Assembly (NCBI GenBank): GCA_036479435.1
Contig: JAZGFI010000084.1
Location: forward strand, 1-41,955
Direction of reading: 5' to 3'
DNA from: Planctomycetota bacterium
GTDB lineage: Bacteria > Planctomycetota > GCA-002687715 > DRQF01
Length of the DNA stretch: 41,955 nt
Within the stretch, counting starts at the first letter, position 1; every line of letters starts with the position of its first letter. The position numbers and the translations under genes were made by a program. Shown here one piece after another: positions 20,230-30,041 of this stretch. The notes beneath the pieces are model-generated. The model ran no database searches. It was not told the origin of the DNA and worked only from the letters and a program-made list of their open reading frames with translations.

Positions 20230-20940
20230 GTGGCCAAGAGTCCGGGCGAAAAAGCCGATGCCTTGATGAAAAAAGCCTCCGAGGCTTTCGCTCGGGGCAA
20301 AACCCAAAAGGCCTACGATCTCTATGGCGACGCCCTCCAGCGTTATGTCGAGGCGAGTCTTAGCGAAGCGATTTATCTGCCGCGGCATGTGCTCGCCCAC
20401 TACACGCGGGCCCTTCTCAGCCTGAAAGGCCAGGCTGAGGGCGATAGCAGCGCCGACATTGTGGCCGGGCTGCGCTTGGTGAAAGACCACGGCGATCCGC
20501 AAATCCGCCGCTTTGAGGGCCTCTTTTTCTACCTCGATGGTTGCAAGGCTCGCCTGGATGACGACTTTTCCACCGCCGAGATCCAGCTCAAAAAGGCTCG
20601 CAGCGTTTTCGCCACCCACGGGCAAGCCTTGGACAAGTTTGAATTGGAAAGAGAGGCGGCTCAGCTCGCCGCCGATCGTGGTGATTGGCCAGCAGCCCTT
20701 TCGCGATCTAAGCAAGCGGTGCTTGTCGTCGAGGGCAACCCGCGAGCTCTCATTGACGCCAAAGTCGCGCTGGCCGAGTTACTCGAGCGCCACGGCGATT
20801 TCGAATCCGCGCTGAAAGTTTTGGATTCAGCGGAAACGAGCGCCTTCGACTTCAACCTGAGCAGCCTTCGTTACGAAATGCAGGACCGCATCAAGATCTT
20901 TCGGAGCAACCATCCGGGTATCGATCTGTCAGATGCCTAA
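20230..20940 (+). CDS. Hypothetical alpha-helical (TPR-like) protein
   Basis: 236-aa ORF with GGAG RBS before GTG; helical repeat pattern. Confidence 0.6.
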   Translation: MAKSPGEKADALMKKASEAFARGKTQKAYDLYGDALQRYVEASLSEAIYLPRHVLAHYTRALLSLKGQAEGDSSADIVAGLRLVKDHGDPQIRRFEGLFFYLDGCKARLDDDFSTAEIQLKKARSVFATHGQALDKFELEREAAQLAADRGDWPAALSRSKQAVLVVEGNPRALIDAKVALAELLERHGDFESALKVLDSAETSAFDFNLSSLRYEMQDRIKIFRSNHPGIDLSDA

Positions 20941-21920
20941 AGAGCAAGCTGGGCGCGGTGCAGGATATCCATGACGGCAAGGGCGTGACGGCCATCGGTG
21001 AGCGGCAGCTCCCGCGTGCGACAGCAGTCGAGAAAATGTGTGAGTTCGAGCCGCAGTGGTTCGGCGCTCGAATGCGGAATTCCTGTGGGATCACCGCGCC
21101 GCGGTTCCGGGTGGCCACCTTGCGGTAAGTCGATTCCCGAATCCAGTAATGTGAGTTTGTCTGTGGTGACCAAGTCGTCGAAGACGGCCATCTTTTTGCT
21201 GCCGACGACGACGAGTTTTTGCTCTTTGTAGGGGTGGAGCCAGGACACGAAAACGTGTGCCTTGGCCCCGCTCGGAAAGTTGAGATGGGTCACGGTGACG
21301 TCCGCGACGTTGTGGTGAAGCCAACAACCTCCTTGGGCCACAACATTCGTCGGGTGTTCCTCTAATAAGTGGAGCATGACGGCGATGTCGTGAGGTGCAA
21401 AAGACCAAAGAATGTTCTCTTCTTTGCGCACGCGACCAAGGTTGAGTCGATTCGAGTAGAGGTAGCGCAGTTCACCGAGTTCACCTTTGCTGATCAAGGC
21501 CTTTAAGGCGGTGATCGCCGGATGAAACAGCAACAAGTGCCCAACCATCAAGATGCGCTTGCCCTTTGTTGCCGCAGCCTCCAAACGCTGGGCGCCCGCC
21601 AAAGACAGCGCGAGTGGCTTTTCGACGAAGAGGTCGAGGCCTTTTTCGAGCATGGCGATGCCGACGTCTTCATGGGTCGCCGCGGGCGTGGCGATGGCGG
21701 CGGCGGTCAGGTTGCTCCGGGTGGCCGCGGGCAGGTCATGGAAGTTGGCGGCGACGGGTACCGATGTCAAAGCGCCGAGTTCCCGGCGCGCATCCGCGTC
21801 GGTTTCGACGACGGCGCCCAGCGATTCGAGCTCGCCGAAAACGCGGATGAGGTTGCGTCCCCAGGGACCAGCCCCCATGACCAAGACTTGCGGATGAGAT
21901 TGAGCGGGAGAGGATGTCAA
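20937..21920 (-). CDS. Gfo/Idh/MocA oxidoreductase (nucleotide-sugar dehydrogenase-like)
   Basis: GAGPWGRN, IATPAATH, VEKPLA, MVGHLLLFHP, SFAPHDI. Confidence 0.9.
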   Translation of the reverse strand: MTSSPAQSHPQVLVMGAGPWGRNLIRVFGELESLGAVVETDADARRELGALTSVPVAANFHDLPAATRSNLTAAAIATPAATHEDVGIAMLEKGLDLFVEKPLALSLAGAQRLEAAATKGKRILMVGHLLLFHPAITALKALISKGELGELRYLYSNRLNLGRVRKEENILWSFAPHDIAVMLHLLEEHPTNVVAQGGCWLHHNVADVTVTHLNFPSGAKAHVFVSWLHPYKEQKLVVVGSKKMAVFDDLVTTDKLTLLDSGIDLPQGGHPEPRRGDPTGIPHSSAEPLRLELTHFLDCCRTRELPLTDGRHALAVMDILHRAQLAL

Positions 21921-22012
21921 TCGAGGCTCCGGGACGAGGAAGCCGAATTATCCCTGGCGAGGCGAACGCTGACAAGGACCCGTGGTCTGGCCCTGGAGTG
22001 GGGCGGGCGGGC

Positions 22013-22993
22013 TTAGAATTGTTCGAGGAGCTTCTTCTGCTCTTCTGGAGGCAGCTCGGACACGACCATCAACAGGTGAGAACCCTTGGGCATCAAGCTG
22101 ATAGTGCAACCTCGGTAGTTGTCACAAAGCTTGGTGGGGCGACTCGAAGCGATCTCGAAACTGGCGTTCTGCGAGCGCAATTCTTCTTCGACCAACTGCT
22201 TTTGACTGCCGCATATCAGGTGAACCGAAAGCCGGCGATTGTTGTGCGTCACGAGAAAGTGGGGCACCTGTAGCTTGGCACCCGATGGCAATTCCATTTC
22301 GTAGACGCGGAAGGCGTCGATGACCGCTTCTTTTGGGAAGGGCGGGATCGAAATGGGGTTGGTGCTGCAAGACGAAAGCAACTTTTGGCAGGTGTCGCGG
22401 CGCAATTCGCGCCCCACGAGTTTCTGACCAAAAAAGCACTGAAACACCCGTTCGGTGGCCAAGGCGCTTTCGACGGACTGTTGGTAGGCCTTGGCGTCCG
22501 GGCTGGAGGTTAGTTGGCTGCGCAAATCGCCCTCAGAAACGAGGACCGCGTCGACGACGGTTGATTCTCTAAACCAGGGGCGGTCTTTGGCCTCGGTTTT
22601 GGCGCCGTCAAAAACACCGCTTACAAACATCAACAGGGCCGCGGCAACGGCGGCGATGGGCAGCGCGGCGAAACGCCAATCAAAGCTAAATCCACCAGGC
22701 TTTTGTTTTGGTTTGCGCGTTTGGGTCTGGCGGGCGTCTTCAAAAGAATGGATCGGCGCGTCGTTTTGTCCATCGGCGGCAACGGCGGCATCGAAGCGGC
22801 TCCAGATGGAGGCCCGGTGCCCGGCGGAGACTTCTTGGTGATGAGCCTTTGTTACCCGGTGCTCCAGTTGGCGGGATCTTTCAAGCTTGCGAGCGAGTTC
22901 CGGCGAAGCCTTCAGCTCGGCTTCCACTTGAGCGCGTTCCTCGGGCGAGGACTCGCCGTCTAGGTATCTGTAGTGTCGTTCGTACACGCTCAT
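22013..22993 (-). CDS. Putative membrane-anchored anti-sigma factor
   Basis: N-terminal YLDGE..ERAQVE anti-sigma-like segment, single TM helix, Cys-containing C-terminal domain; downstream of an ECF sigma gene. Confidence 0.7.
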   Translation of the reverse strand: MSVYERHYRYLDGESSPEERAQVEAELKASPELARKLERSRQLEHRVTKAHHQEVSAGHRASIWSRFDAAVAADGQNDAPIHSFEDARQTQTRKPKQKPGGFSFDWRFAALPIAAVAAALLMFVSGVFDGAKTEAKDRPWFRESTVVDAVLVSEGDLRSQLTSSPDAKAYQQSVESALATERVFQCFFGQKLVGRELRRDTCQKLLSSCSTNPISIPPFPKEAVIDAFRVYEMELPSGAKLQVPHFLVTHNNRRLSVHLICGSQKQLVEEELRSQNASFEIASSRPTKLCDNYRGCTISLMPKGSHLLMVVSELPPEEQKKLLEQF

Positions 22994-23206
22994 CCCGCTC
23001 TTAGCGCCATAAATCCAGGGCTGACTTGTTCTTCGGAAAACGGCAGCACTGGTCTCGACCCTTTTTCGTCACCTTGGTTCGGGAACGACTGGTCCGACAG
23101 TGGTGTAAAGGCAAAAAAGGCCCGATCTATTCCCCAGATTCCCAAATCCTTCACGGAGGGGCTCAGGCTCGGGTTTTCATCCATTGCCGTCTTGGGGTCG
23201 TAGGGT

Positions 23207-23791
23207 CTAACCACGAAGGTAGCCCTCTTCACTCGCATAGTGTTGCAGGCGTTCTTTGAGGAGCGCTCGGCCGCGGAACAGCCTGGACATCACCGTGCCG
23301 ACCGGGCAGTCCAGGATGTCGGCGATCTCTCGGTATTTGAGGTCTTCTAAGACCGAGAGCGTAAACACGGTGCGGAGGTTTTCCGGCAGGTCCATGACGG
23401 CTTGGCTGACGCGTTCGTCGACCATGTCGAGCACGCCTGCGAGTTCTTCTTCGCCGCCATCTTCCAACAGGCCACTGACCACGGGCCCGGCGTTGGACTC
23501 TTCCGCCTCCGGTTCCAGGGCGTTTTCGAGCTCCACTTCGATGCCGCGGTGCTTCTTTTTGCGGTAGCCGTTGATGAAGGTGTTCATCAAGATCCGAAAG
23601 ATCCAAGCCTTGAAGTTGCTGTTGGCCTGAAAGTGGTGGATCGACCGGAAACTCTTAAGAAGGGTCTCCTGCACCAAATCTTCGGCTTCGTTGGCATCGC
23701 GCGTCAGCCGCACCGCGGTCCGGTGCAGAGCGTCCAGGTGCGGATCGACCAGAGCCTGGAAGTCCGAGGTATTGGCGTCTGAATCGCTCAT
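23207..23791 (-). CDS. ECF sigma-70 factor
   Basis: AEDLVQETLL, FKAWIFRILMN (region 2); YREIADILDCPVGTVMSRLFRGR (region 4). Confidence 0.93.
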   Translation of the reverse strand: MSDSDANTSDFQALVDPHLDALHRTAVRLTRDANEAEDLVQETLLKSFRSIHHFQANSNFKAWIFRILMNTFINGYRKKKHRGIEVELENALEPEAEESNAGPVVSGLLEDGGEEELAGVLDMVDERVSQAVMDLPENLRTVFTLSVLEDLKYREIADILDCPVGTVMSRLFRGRALLKERLQHYASEEGYLRG

Positions 23792-23948
23792 CTGCTGCGT
23801 ACATGACCCCTGGGCGAACTGTCGAAGCCGAATAGTAGGAAGTTTAGGGCTAGGGGGGAACGGAAGCCTCCGAAATCGCTGGACCTCGGAAAATACCGTT
23901 TCCGCGGTTGAGATGGCTCTCGCGGCCTCTAAAATGCCAGCCAGACGA

Positions 23949-24022
23949 GCACCCGTAGCTCAACTGGATAGAGTACCTGGCTACGAACCAGGCGGTTCCA
24001 GGTTCGAATCCTGGCGGGTGTA
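23949..24022 (+). tRNA. tRNA-Arg (anticodon ACG)
   Basis: GCACCCG/CGGGTGT acceptor stem, D arm AGCTCAACTGGATAGAG, anticodon arm CCTGG-CTACGAA-CCAGG, T arm GGTTCGAATCC; CCA not encoded directly after the discriminator. Confidence 0.95.
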
Positions 24023-24091
24023 TCCAAAGATCCCAGCCCTCCCCCCGGGGACGGCAACCCACGAGAGTGCTCGTCGGGGGATCTCAAAGTC

Positions 24092-24139
24092 AAAAATAGC
24101 CGTCGGCAGTGATCCACGATCACGACCGGCGGCTTTTTT
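24092..24139 (+). terminator. Intrinsic terminator downstream of tRNA (possibly bidirectional)
   Basis: AAAAATAGCCGTCGG..GTGATC-CAC-GATCAC..CCGGCGGCTTTTTT. Confidence 0.7.
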
Positions 24140-24225
24140 CATGGCGCTTTTCACCTGACGGGACCCACCGGAATTGCTGATGGGGGCGTTGCGCCGAACC
24201 CCCATTCGCCGTTCTTGACGCGCTC

Positions 24226-25386
24226 TTAGCCCTCAGTGCCTTCGCTCAACAAGTCAACATAGTCCCGATAGACGAAGACGCGGTCTTTCTTCCGGCCGTC
24301 CCGTGGGCACAGGATTTCGGCTTTCTCCAAGATGCCGATCGCCTTGGCCGCGGCCGGGCGAGAGCAGTCCAAAAGCTCAAGGGCTCGGCTGGTGTTGAGG
24401 ACGAGCGACTTGGGCAGCGCTTCAAAAAGCCGGAGGCTCAAGACGGTGGCTTCCGAAAGTTTGACGAGTTTAGCGCGGTGCCTACTGACGATGGCGTGGA
24501 GGCTCTTGGCCGTGGTCACGGATTCATCGGCGACGCTCGCGATACCTTCGAGAAAAAAGGCGAGCCATTCCTCCCATTGACCGTGGCTCCGAATTCGGTC
24601 GAGGCGTCGAAAATACTCATGACGATGCGTCTTCAGGAATAGGCTGATGTAAAGCAGAGGGCGACTGAGAAGACCCCAGTACTTCAGAAGGAGAGTGATG
24701 AGCAGTCTGCCAAGGCGGCCGTTGCCGTCGAGGTAGGGGTGCAAGGTCTCGAATTGCGCGTGGAGGAGCCCGACTCGAACGATGGGATGGAGGTCGCTCG
24801 GAGCGTGAACATATTGTTCAAATTCGCTGAGTAGCTTTGGCAACTCCTCGGGAGAGGGGGGCACGAAGGAAGCGTTGCCGGGCCGAGTGCCGCCGGTCCA
24901 ATTTTGGGAACTCCTTATTCTCCCCGGTTGTTTGCCTTGACCCCGGGAGTTGCTCAGGAGCCGTTGATGTGTTTCCGACAGCAGGCGCATGCTGATCGGC
25001 AGCCCGTCCTTTTTCTCCAGCTCTTGCCAGCCGCAGTTGAGCACGTCGAGGTAGCAGCAAACCTCTTGAAGGTCCGCGTCATTCGGGGCTTCTCCCTTCG
25101 AGTCTTGCTGGAGTAAGTCGGTGAGGGTGGCCTGAGTCCCTTCGATCTGAGCGGACAAGAGGGCCTCTTTGCGAACAAGGGCATAGACAAACCACTCGAT
25201 GGACGGAATCAACTCGCCCGCGAGATTGAGGAGTCGCAGGCTTTCGTCGGCCTGCCGGACCATGTCTTAGAGCCCTTCAGCAAAATCCAGCGCTGGGCTT
25301 TTTGGCGGCAGCGGGAGTGGACTGAAGGCCTTGACGCTTTCCTCGGCGATTCTCGTCGTCTTGTAAATCCCGGACTGTCGGTCCAT
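24226..25386 (-). pseudogene. Fic family protein with C-terminal HTH and an in-frame TAA at 25267-25269
   Basis: HPYLDGNGRLGR Fic motif and SAQIEG inhibitory motif; upstream in-frame MDRQSGIYKTT..KAFSPLPLPP is separated by one stop from the 345-aa ORF. Confidence 0.8.
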
Positions 25387-25394
25387 TGTTTTCC

Positions 25395-25450
25395 CTAAAA
25401 GCAGCGATCGTTTCTTTTGATCGGCTAAAACAAGCGATCGGTTATTTTGA
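25395..25450. promoter_or_regulatory. Two tandem imperfect palindromes upstream of the Fic gene (candidate operators)
   Basis: CTAAAAGCAGCGATCGTTTCTTTTGA and CTAAAACAAGCGATCGGTTATTTTGA, 30-bp period, each centred on CGATCG. Confidence 0.55.
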
Positions 25451-25560
25451 GAAGATCGCGATAGGTGGATTTATCTATCGACTTTAGAGTCCTTCGCCGG
25501 GAAGGCCGTGCCGACGGCTTTTGCCCAACGCTTTTCGCCTGACGGTCGGGAGCCCGTGGT

Positions 25561-25851
25561 TCACGCGACAGATTTGAGATTCTCGCGAATGACCCTTGGA
25601 TGGCGGGCGGCGATCCGAAGCAACGCGATCGCAGGCCCTTCAGGTTTGCGGCGATCTTGCTCCCAGTTTCGAAGGGTGTGGACACTAATTCCCATCGCTT
25701 GCGCGAAGCGAACTTGCGTCAGGCCGACGAATCGACGAAGCGCTGCGACGTCTTCACCGGTCTCGAACTTTCCGGCCATCAAGCGTTTTCGAAGACGCGC
25801 CGAGATGGCTCGGGCCATTTACTTGGAGCTGAGCTCGGGAATGTCGGTCAT
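25561..25851 (-). pseudogene. XRE-family HTH antitoxin with in-frame TAA at 25819-25821
   Basis: GLTQVRFAQAMGISVHTLRNWEQDRRKPEGPAIALL; RBS GGAG then MTDIPELSSK*MARA; re-initiation at 25818 is possible. Confidence 0.7.
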
Positions 25852-25936
25852 CGTTGCTCCTCCATAAACCTCTGGCTTTCGATGCCATATCATAAGCCAA
25901 TGGCGCACTAAGTCAGTGACCTGCTTGGTCTTCCGA

Positions 25937-26308
25937 TCAAAAAGTTATCGTCTCTAACGATGCCATCACTTCGTCGCGAAAAACACCTGCGAGTGATTCG
26001 TTTTCGTGTGTCCATCGGTCTACTATGCCGCCCCAAGGAGAGCGGCTCTGGCGACTGACGATGGGGTGAATCGTGTAGTACAAGTGGTAATGGCTTCGAC
26101 CTAATAGAACTCGTTTCAATTCCGGGACAACTTTGGATTGAAAGGGTGCGCCTGAACCAGGAAATGTAGCGAGTCTCTCGATGGCGCGCGTAAGTTCGTC
26201 GCCGAACAAACCTGATGAGGCCCCGCGATTCATCACCCACCAGCTATCCACTGTCTCCACCTGACTTGCGGCACCCATCGTGAACAGCACCGTCCATCGT
26301 CTTGTCAC
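25937..26308 (-). CDS. ParE/RelE family toxin with an atypical C-terminus
   Basis: WW..NR....LF.DEL..AIERL..FPGSG, RVLL.RSHYHLYY; start overlaps the antitoxin stop (GTGA). Confidence 0.7.
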   Translation of the reverse strand: MTRRWTVLFTMGAASQVETVDSWWVMNRGASSGLFGDELTRAIERLATFPGSGAPFQSKVVPELKRVLLGRSHYHLYYTIHPIVSRQSRSPWGGIVDRWTHENESLAGVFRDEVMASLETITF

Positions 26309-26535
26309 TGCCTTGGCCGAAGGCCTCGTAGCACTTCGTCAGCTAGCAACACTCGACCAGCCGCCGCGTCTTGCTCAGAACGTGCAAGAACGCTTTCGAG
26401 CCGCCGCCGGTCGTCGTCAGACATGTCGTCCCACCAGTCTGCCGGAACCAAGTCGATCTCGGTACCATCCGGCAGGTCCGTGGCCTCGTCTAGCACGAGC
26501 CGCCCGTTTTTTACGTGTGCTTTCATCTCTGACAT
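26305..26535 (-). CDS. Putative antitoxin paired with the ParE-like toxin
   Basis: KAHVKNGRLVLDEATDLPDGTEI..acidic helix..DAAAGRV..ADEVL; small acidic ORF directly upstream of the toxin. Confidence 0.7.
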   Translation of the reverse strand: MSEMKAHVKNGRLVLDEATDLPDGTEIDLVPADWWDDMSDDDRRRLESVLARSEQDAAAGRVLLADEVLRGLRPRQ

Positions 26536-26599
26536 GCACCCATCTTATCGGAAACTAGGATGTGTCCGAAGGAAAACCAGATCAAGATGAAGCGCGCCT

Positions 26600-26685
26600 G
26601 TCAAACGTGTACGGCATCAGCTGCGGCATGTAAGGGCGTCGGCACCGCCGCATCTTGTCCGGTCGCATCGCAGCCATGGTCGGCA
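26600..26685 (-). repeat. Degenerate attC site after tpm
   Basis: Minus strand ...GCCGCAGCTGATGCCGTACAC-GTTTGAC right arm and R'-like box; left arm poorly preserved. Confidence 0.35.
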
Positions 26686-26696
26686 CCTTCTTGTGA

Positions 26697-27335
26697 CTAT
26701 TTCTGCCTTAGGATCCAGACATCTTCCGCCGCCGGGCATTTCCCTTTGAGGCCGCCAGCGACTTCTGCTCTTTCCAGCAAGTTCAGGTCGTAGCTGGTGC
26801 CGTAGAGGCGACGCACTTCCGCCTCGTCGACGCTGAAGGGCGGTCCGTCCATGACTTTTTGCTCGTAGTCGAAACAAATCAACAGCTGCGGTGCCGAGTC
26901 CGTAATTTTAGCAACGTGCAAGGCGTAGTTGTCCCTCAAGGTTGGAGGGAGAGCGACCAAGGCCGCCCGGTCATAATGAGCGTCGACAGTTCCAATCAAC
27001 TCGCTTGACACCTCGAACAAGTTGCCCTGAAGTATCTCAATGCCCTCAGCGCTGTAGCGTACCAAGGGTCCGTCAGACTTTAGGCGCGGCCTTAGGCCAA
27101 GTTCTTCGAACAACTGCTCAACCGCCGTCTTACTCAGCTCAACGCCAACCACCTCGAAGCCTTGCTCCATGAACCAACCCAGGTCGCAGGTTTTTCCGCA
27201 GAGCGGCACAAAGACTCGTGCCCCTTTCTTGAGCCCCAGCTGACCAAGGTGTTTGACGAGCAAGGAGTTGGGCTTGCCTTCGTGAAATCCGATGTTGTTG
27301 TCTTTCCATCTTTCGTGCCAGAACTCGGCTTCCAT
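26697..27335 (-). CDS. tpm: Thiopurine S-methyltransferase
   Basis: MEAEFWHERW..IGFH, RVFVPLCGK, GVELS, YDRAALVALP, GPPFSV; ATG after AGGAG. Confidence 0.93.
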   Translation of the reverse strand: MEAEFWHERWKDNNIGFHEGKPNSLLVKHLGQLGLKKGARVFVPLCGKTCDLGWFMEQGFEVVGVELSKTAVEQLFEELGLRPRLKSDGPLVRYSAEGIEILQGNLFEVSSELIGTVDAHYDRAALVALPPTLRDNYALHVAKITDSAPQLLICFDYEQKVMDGPPFSVDEAEVRRLYGTSYDLNLLERAEVAGGLKGKCPAAEDVWILRQK

Positions 27336-27631
27336 AGTTTTTCTCCTGCGTGCTGCGGGCATCTTAATTGTCGCGGATCGGGTCCTCGGCTCATTCGCTG
27401 GATGGAACGAGCCTCGACCTTCCGCTCCAGAGCCTGTATTTTTCATGAATGACAAACAACGGTGCGTTCGTATTCTCGAATTTCCATCTCCTTTGGAAAT
27501 CACAAACGCGTCCTTTTCCCCGGACCTGATCAACCCACACAAGTAGTGTCAGCAGTCAACCCAGATGAGGGCAGTTCGGCCAATGATTGCCACCGATGTT
27601 TTCAAGATGGGCCTGAATTTCGATCATGTTT

Positions 27632-27695
27632 GCCGGGCAGTCCTGCCAATCAGCGGTCGCGCGAAGAGCCGTCAGCCTGGATCGCCTTGTTGCTT
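27632..27695 (-). repeat. Degenerate attC site
   Basis: Minus strand AAGCAAC-AAGGCGATCCAGGCTGACGG..CCGCTGATTGGCAGGACT-GCCCGGC; imperfect palindrome with decayed R boxes. Confidence 0.5.
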
Positions 27696-27975
27696 GCGTC
27701 TCGATTCTTCAGAGCCTTCTCGACATCCCTGGCGACTTTCTTCGCCTCGGCGTAGCGGGGGGCGACTCCCAACGCTTTTTTGAAGTACTGAATCGCCTGT
27801 CGGTAGTTTCCCTCAGCCCGCATGATCAGCCTCAGGTTATAGTAAGCCTCCTCGGTGGCGCCGGTGCGAAGTCTTACCGCCCGACGGTGATGCTTCTTCG
27901 CATTGTCAAAGTCCCCTCGCCTTGGCGAGAAGGGCTCCAAGGTAGATGTGGTAGCTGGCGCAGCCGCTGGTTGCC
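27650..27975 (-). pseudogene. TPR protein fragment, frameshifted
   Basis: ASYHIYLGALLAK and GDFDNAKKHHRRAV..EAYYNL..GNYRQAIQYFKKAL..PRY lie in two frames joined near 27920. Confidence 0.55.
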
Positions 27976-28331
27976 ATCGCTGGGTAACCGGCTCCTTGGG
28001 TGTCGTCGTTGCGAACATCATTTCGAGCGTTCTCGAGGAGCGCAGAATACTCCAATCCGAAGGGTCGCGGCAATCGCTTCTCAAGCAAGGAATACAAGCA
28101 CAAGCCCTTCGTATTTCGTGGGGCCCAAGGTGATGGTCGGTTTGTACTCGCTCCTTTGACCCTCGCCGCCGGGCTAACCCCTGGCGAGATCAACTTGTCG
28201 TCGCCCAATGCCGCGCCGATGGCGCGAGAAGAGGAGCCGTTAGGCCAATGACGGTGAGGGGCGCCGCTCTGACGCTCCTGCAAGATGCGTTTTCGGGCAG
28301 ATACGCGCCCGAACATGCTAGCTCGCGAACG

Positions 28332-28703
28332 TCAGGCCGCGACGTTCTTGGGGTTGGGTCCATACCGGTTACTTCTAGTCTCGCTGTCGCTCGCCAAGAA
28401 GACGATTAGCACGATCGTGCCAATGATTGGAATTAGGCCGATCAGGAACCACCACCCGCTTCGGGTCGTATCGTGCAGTCGTCGGACGAAGACAGCGAAG
28501 GTTGGAACAAAGACCGCCAGAGCATAGAGCCCACCAAGGAGTCCGTACCCACTACCGTTGTCGACGAGACCGGTGAGGACGTCGACAAGGCCAAGGGCGA
28601 ACGAAAAAACCATGCTGAAGAACGTAAAGAGCCAGTACTCCTTGCGACGGGCTCGGCCACTAAAGACCGCGTACTTCTTCAACACTTTGATGTACCAGTG
28701 CAT
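28332..28703 (-). CDS. DUF805 inner-membrane protein (YhaH/YhaI-like), cassette gene
   Basis: KYAVFSGRARRKEYW, VRRLHDT.RSGWW, NRYGPNPK. Confidence 0.92.
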   Translation of the reverse strand: MHWYIKVLKKYAVFSGRARRKEYWLFTFFSMVFSFALGLVDVLTGLVDNGSGYGLLGGLYALAVFVPTFAVFVRRLHDTTRSGWWFLIGLIPIIGTIVLIVFLASDSETRSNRYGPNPKNVAA

Positions 28704-28728
28704 CCATTTTCCCTTCGGGTGGTTCGCG

Positions 28729-28795
28729 CATTAAGCAGTTGGGCTGATCAGCGACGGCCGCGAAGCCGCCGACGGTCAATAGTAGCTGGCTAGAT
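28729..28795 (-). repeat. Degenerate attC site
   Basis: R''-like ATCTAGC contains the stop of the upstream ORF; central hairpin CGGCGGC-TTCG-CGGCCGTCG; R' decayed. Confidence 0.5.
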
Positions 28796-29254
28796 GTCGC
28801 CAGCGCGTGCACTGCGGGATTCAAGAAGCACGCTGTGGGGTGCGCACACCGTAACGATCTGCTGAGAGTGGGCTTTCCCGTTGCGATCGATGAGCGTGGC
28901 CGTGCATGAGACAGGTTGCCCCCGGGCGTACTCGGAAAGAGATCGAGGTGGCGGGACATCGATGTCGAACTTGACCTCGATGCTGGCGTCTTGCACGGCA
29001 TCAGGCGCGACCTTTGCGGCGGCCAAGAGGCGATCGAGCATCGCAGAATAGCGATTCGTGACATCTTCGAGGAGAGGGAGCTGATTGGTATTGGGAGCAG
29101 GCCTGAGTGTGATGAGGATCTGATCGCGGCTTGTCTTCTTTGCCAGACTATACAGCAGACCCAGGGCCCAATAGCCGCCCGTGTCGTTGTTCCGGCTTGC
29201 GAACGATTCGGCCAAGCCGTCAGCCACGTTCTTCAGAGCCTTGCGCTGTGCCAT
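28790..29254 (-). CDS. Hypothetical protein (cassette gene)
   Basis: 154-aa ORF with GAGG RBS, bounded by attC-like sites; FASRNNDTGGYWALG motif. Confidence 0.7.
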   Translation of the reverse strand: MAQRKALKNVADGLAESFASRNNDTGGYWALGLLYSLAKKTSRDQILITLRPAPNTNQLPLLEDVTNRYSAMLDRLLAAAKVAPDAVQDASIEVKFDIDVPPPRSLSEYARGQPVSCTATLIDRNGKAHSQQIVTVCAPHSVLLESRSARAGDI

Positions 29255-29268
29255 GATCTACCTCGTGC

Positions 29269-29328
29269 ATCTAAGGCTTTGCCGCTCAGCCGCGGGCGGA
29301 ACCCGTCGGCTGCAGAGGCTCGCTAGAC
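29269..29328 (-). repeat. attC site (R boxes mutated)
   Basis: GTCTAGC-GAGCCTCTGCAGCCGACGGG-TTCCG-CCCGCGGCTGAGCGGCAAAGC-CTTAGAT; palindrome with extra unpaired bases. Confidence 0.7.
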
Positions 29329-30041
29329 CCCGGTTGTGCTGGGCAACAAAGATCCTCGCGACCATGCCACTCGTGGTGAATGTCCCGCATGAGCAACGCA
29401 CAATCGAACTCGGTTGATCCGGCTGGAAACAGAGCCTCGTTCTCGAAGAAGCTGGATTCCACACGATCAACTGCCAAGGGCTCGACGTTCCAGTTCCTGC
29501 AGACTAATTCCAAACCGTCATAGCGCCCGCTCGTTCGCGTCGTCGAGTACCCCAACGATCCGTTCTCGAAGAACGCGGACGCGACAGCTATGGATGGAAA
29601 CACCGACGACTTCTGAATGCGGTCCGCAACCACTCCGGAAACGCAGGCCTGAGCTTGGCCATCGTCGCTTCGAAATGCAAGCGAGAACCGCTGCTCAGAC
29701 TCTTGAACCGAAAAAGTCGCGTGATGGTGGATGCCGGGGAAGATCGTTCCGCCCGCGAGAGTGTTGAGCCTCGAATCGCTGTCCCGGCGGGGGATGTAAA
29801 CACCCTCCCGTGTACGACCACCGTCTTCCCATTCGACCGCGATGCGGTGCGCGGCGTTCTCCGATCGGATCCCGCAGGGCAGAGGGAGGAACCGGGGGCG
29901 GACCTTCTTGAGGCGGATAAGACAGATCCCGCCGATCGCGTAGCCATTCACTAACTTCGGGCGAAACGGAGGTGGAAGGAACTGAGTCATCACTTCAGCG
30001 TCGATACGGAAATTCACAAGAATGCGTCGATCGATGATCCC
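29286..30041 (-). pseudogene. DUF2071 (YqjF-like) protein lacking its normal first residues
   Basis: GIIDRRILVNFR, GICLIRL, SENAAHRIAVEW, GVYIPRRD, FDCALLMRDI.HEW; no nearby start codon and reads through into the attC. Confidence 0.7.

Noticed and set aside
4139..23782. Numerous antisense and alternative-frame ORFs in the six-frame track
   Set aside because: They overlap well-supported genes and are expected shadows in GC-rich DNA.
23949..24200. tRNA-targeted integrative element attL
   Set aside because: No integrase next to the tRNA and no duplicate of its 3' end noticed in the window.
28172..28245. attC between GCCTAAC and GTTAGCC
   Set aside because: R-like boxes are suitably spaced but the inner arms do not pair; at most a chimeric remnant, so it is not listed as a feature.
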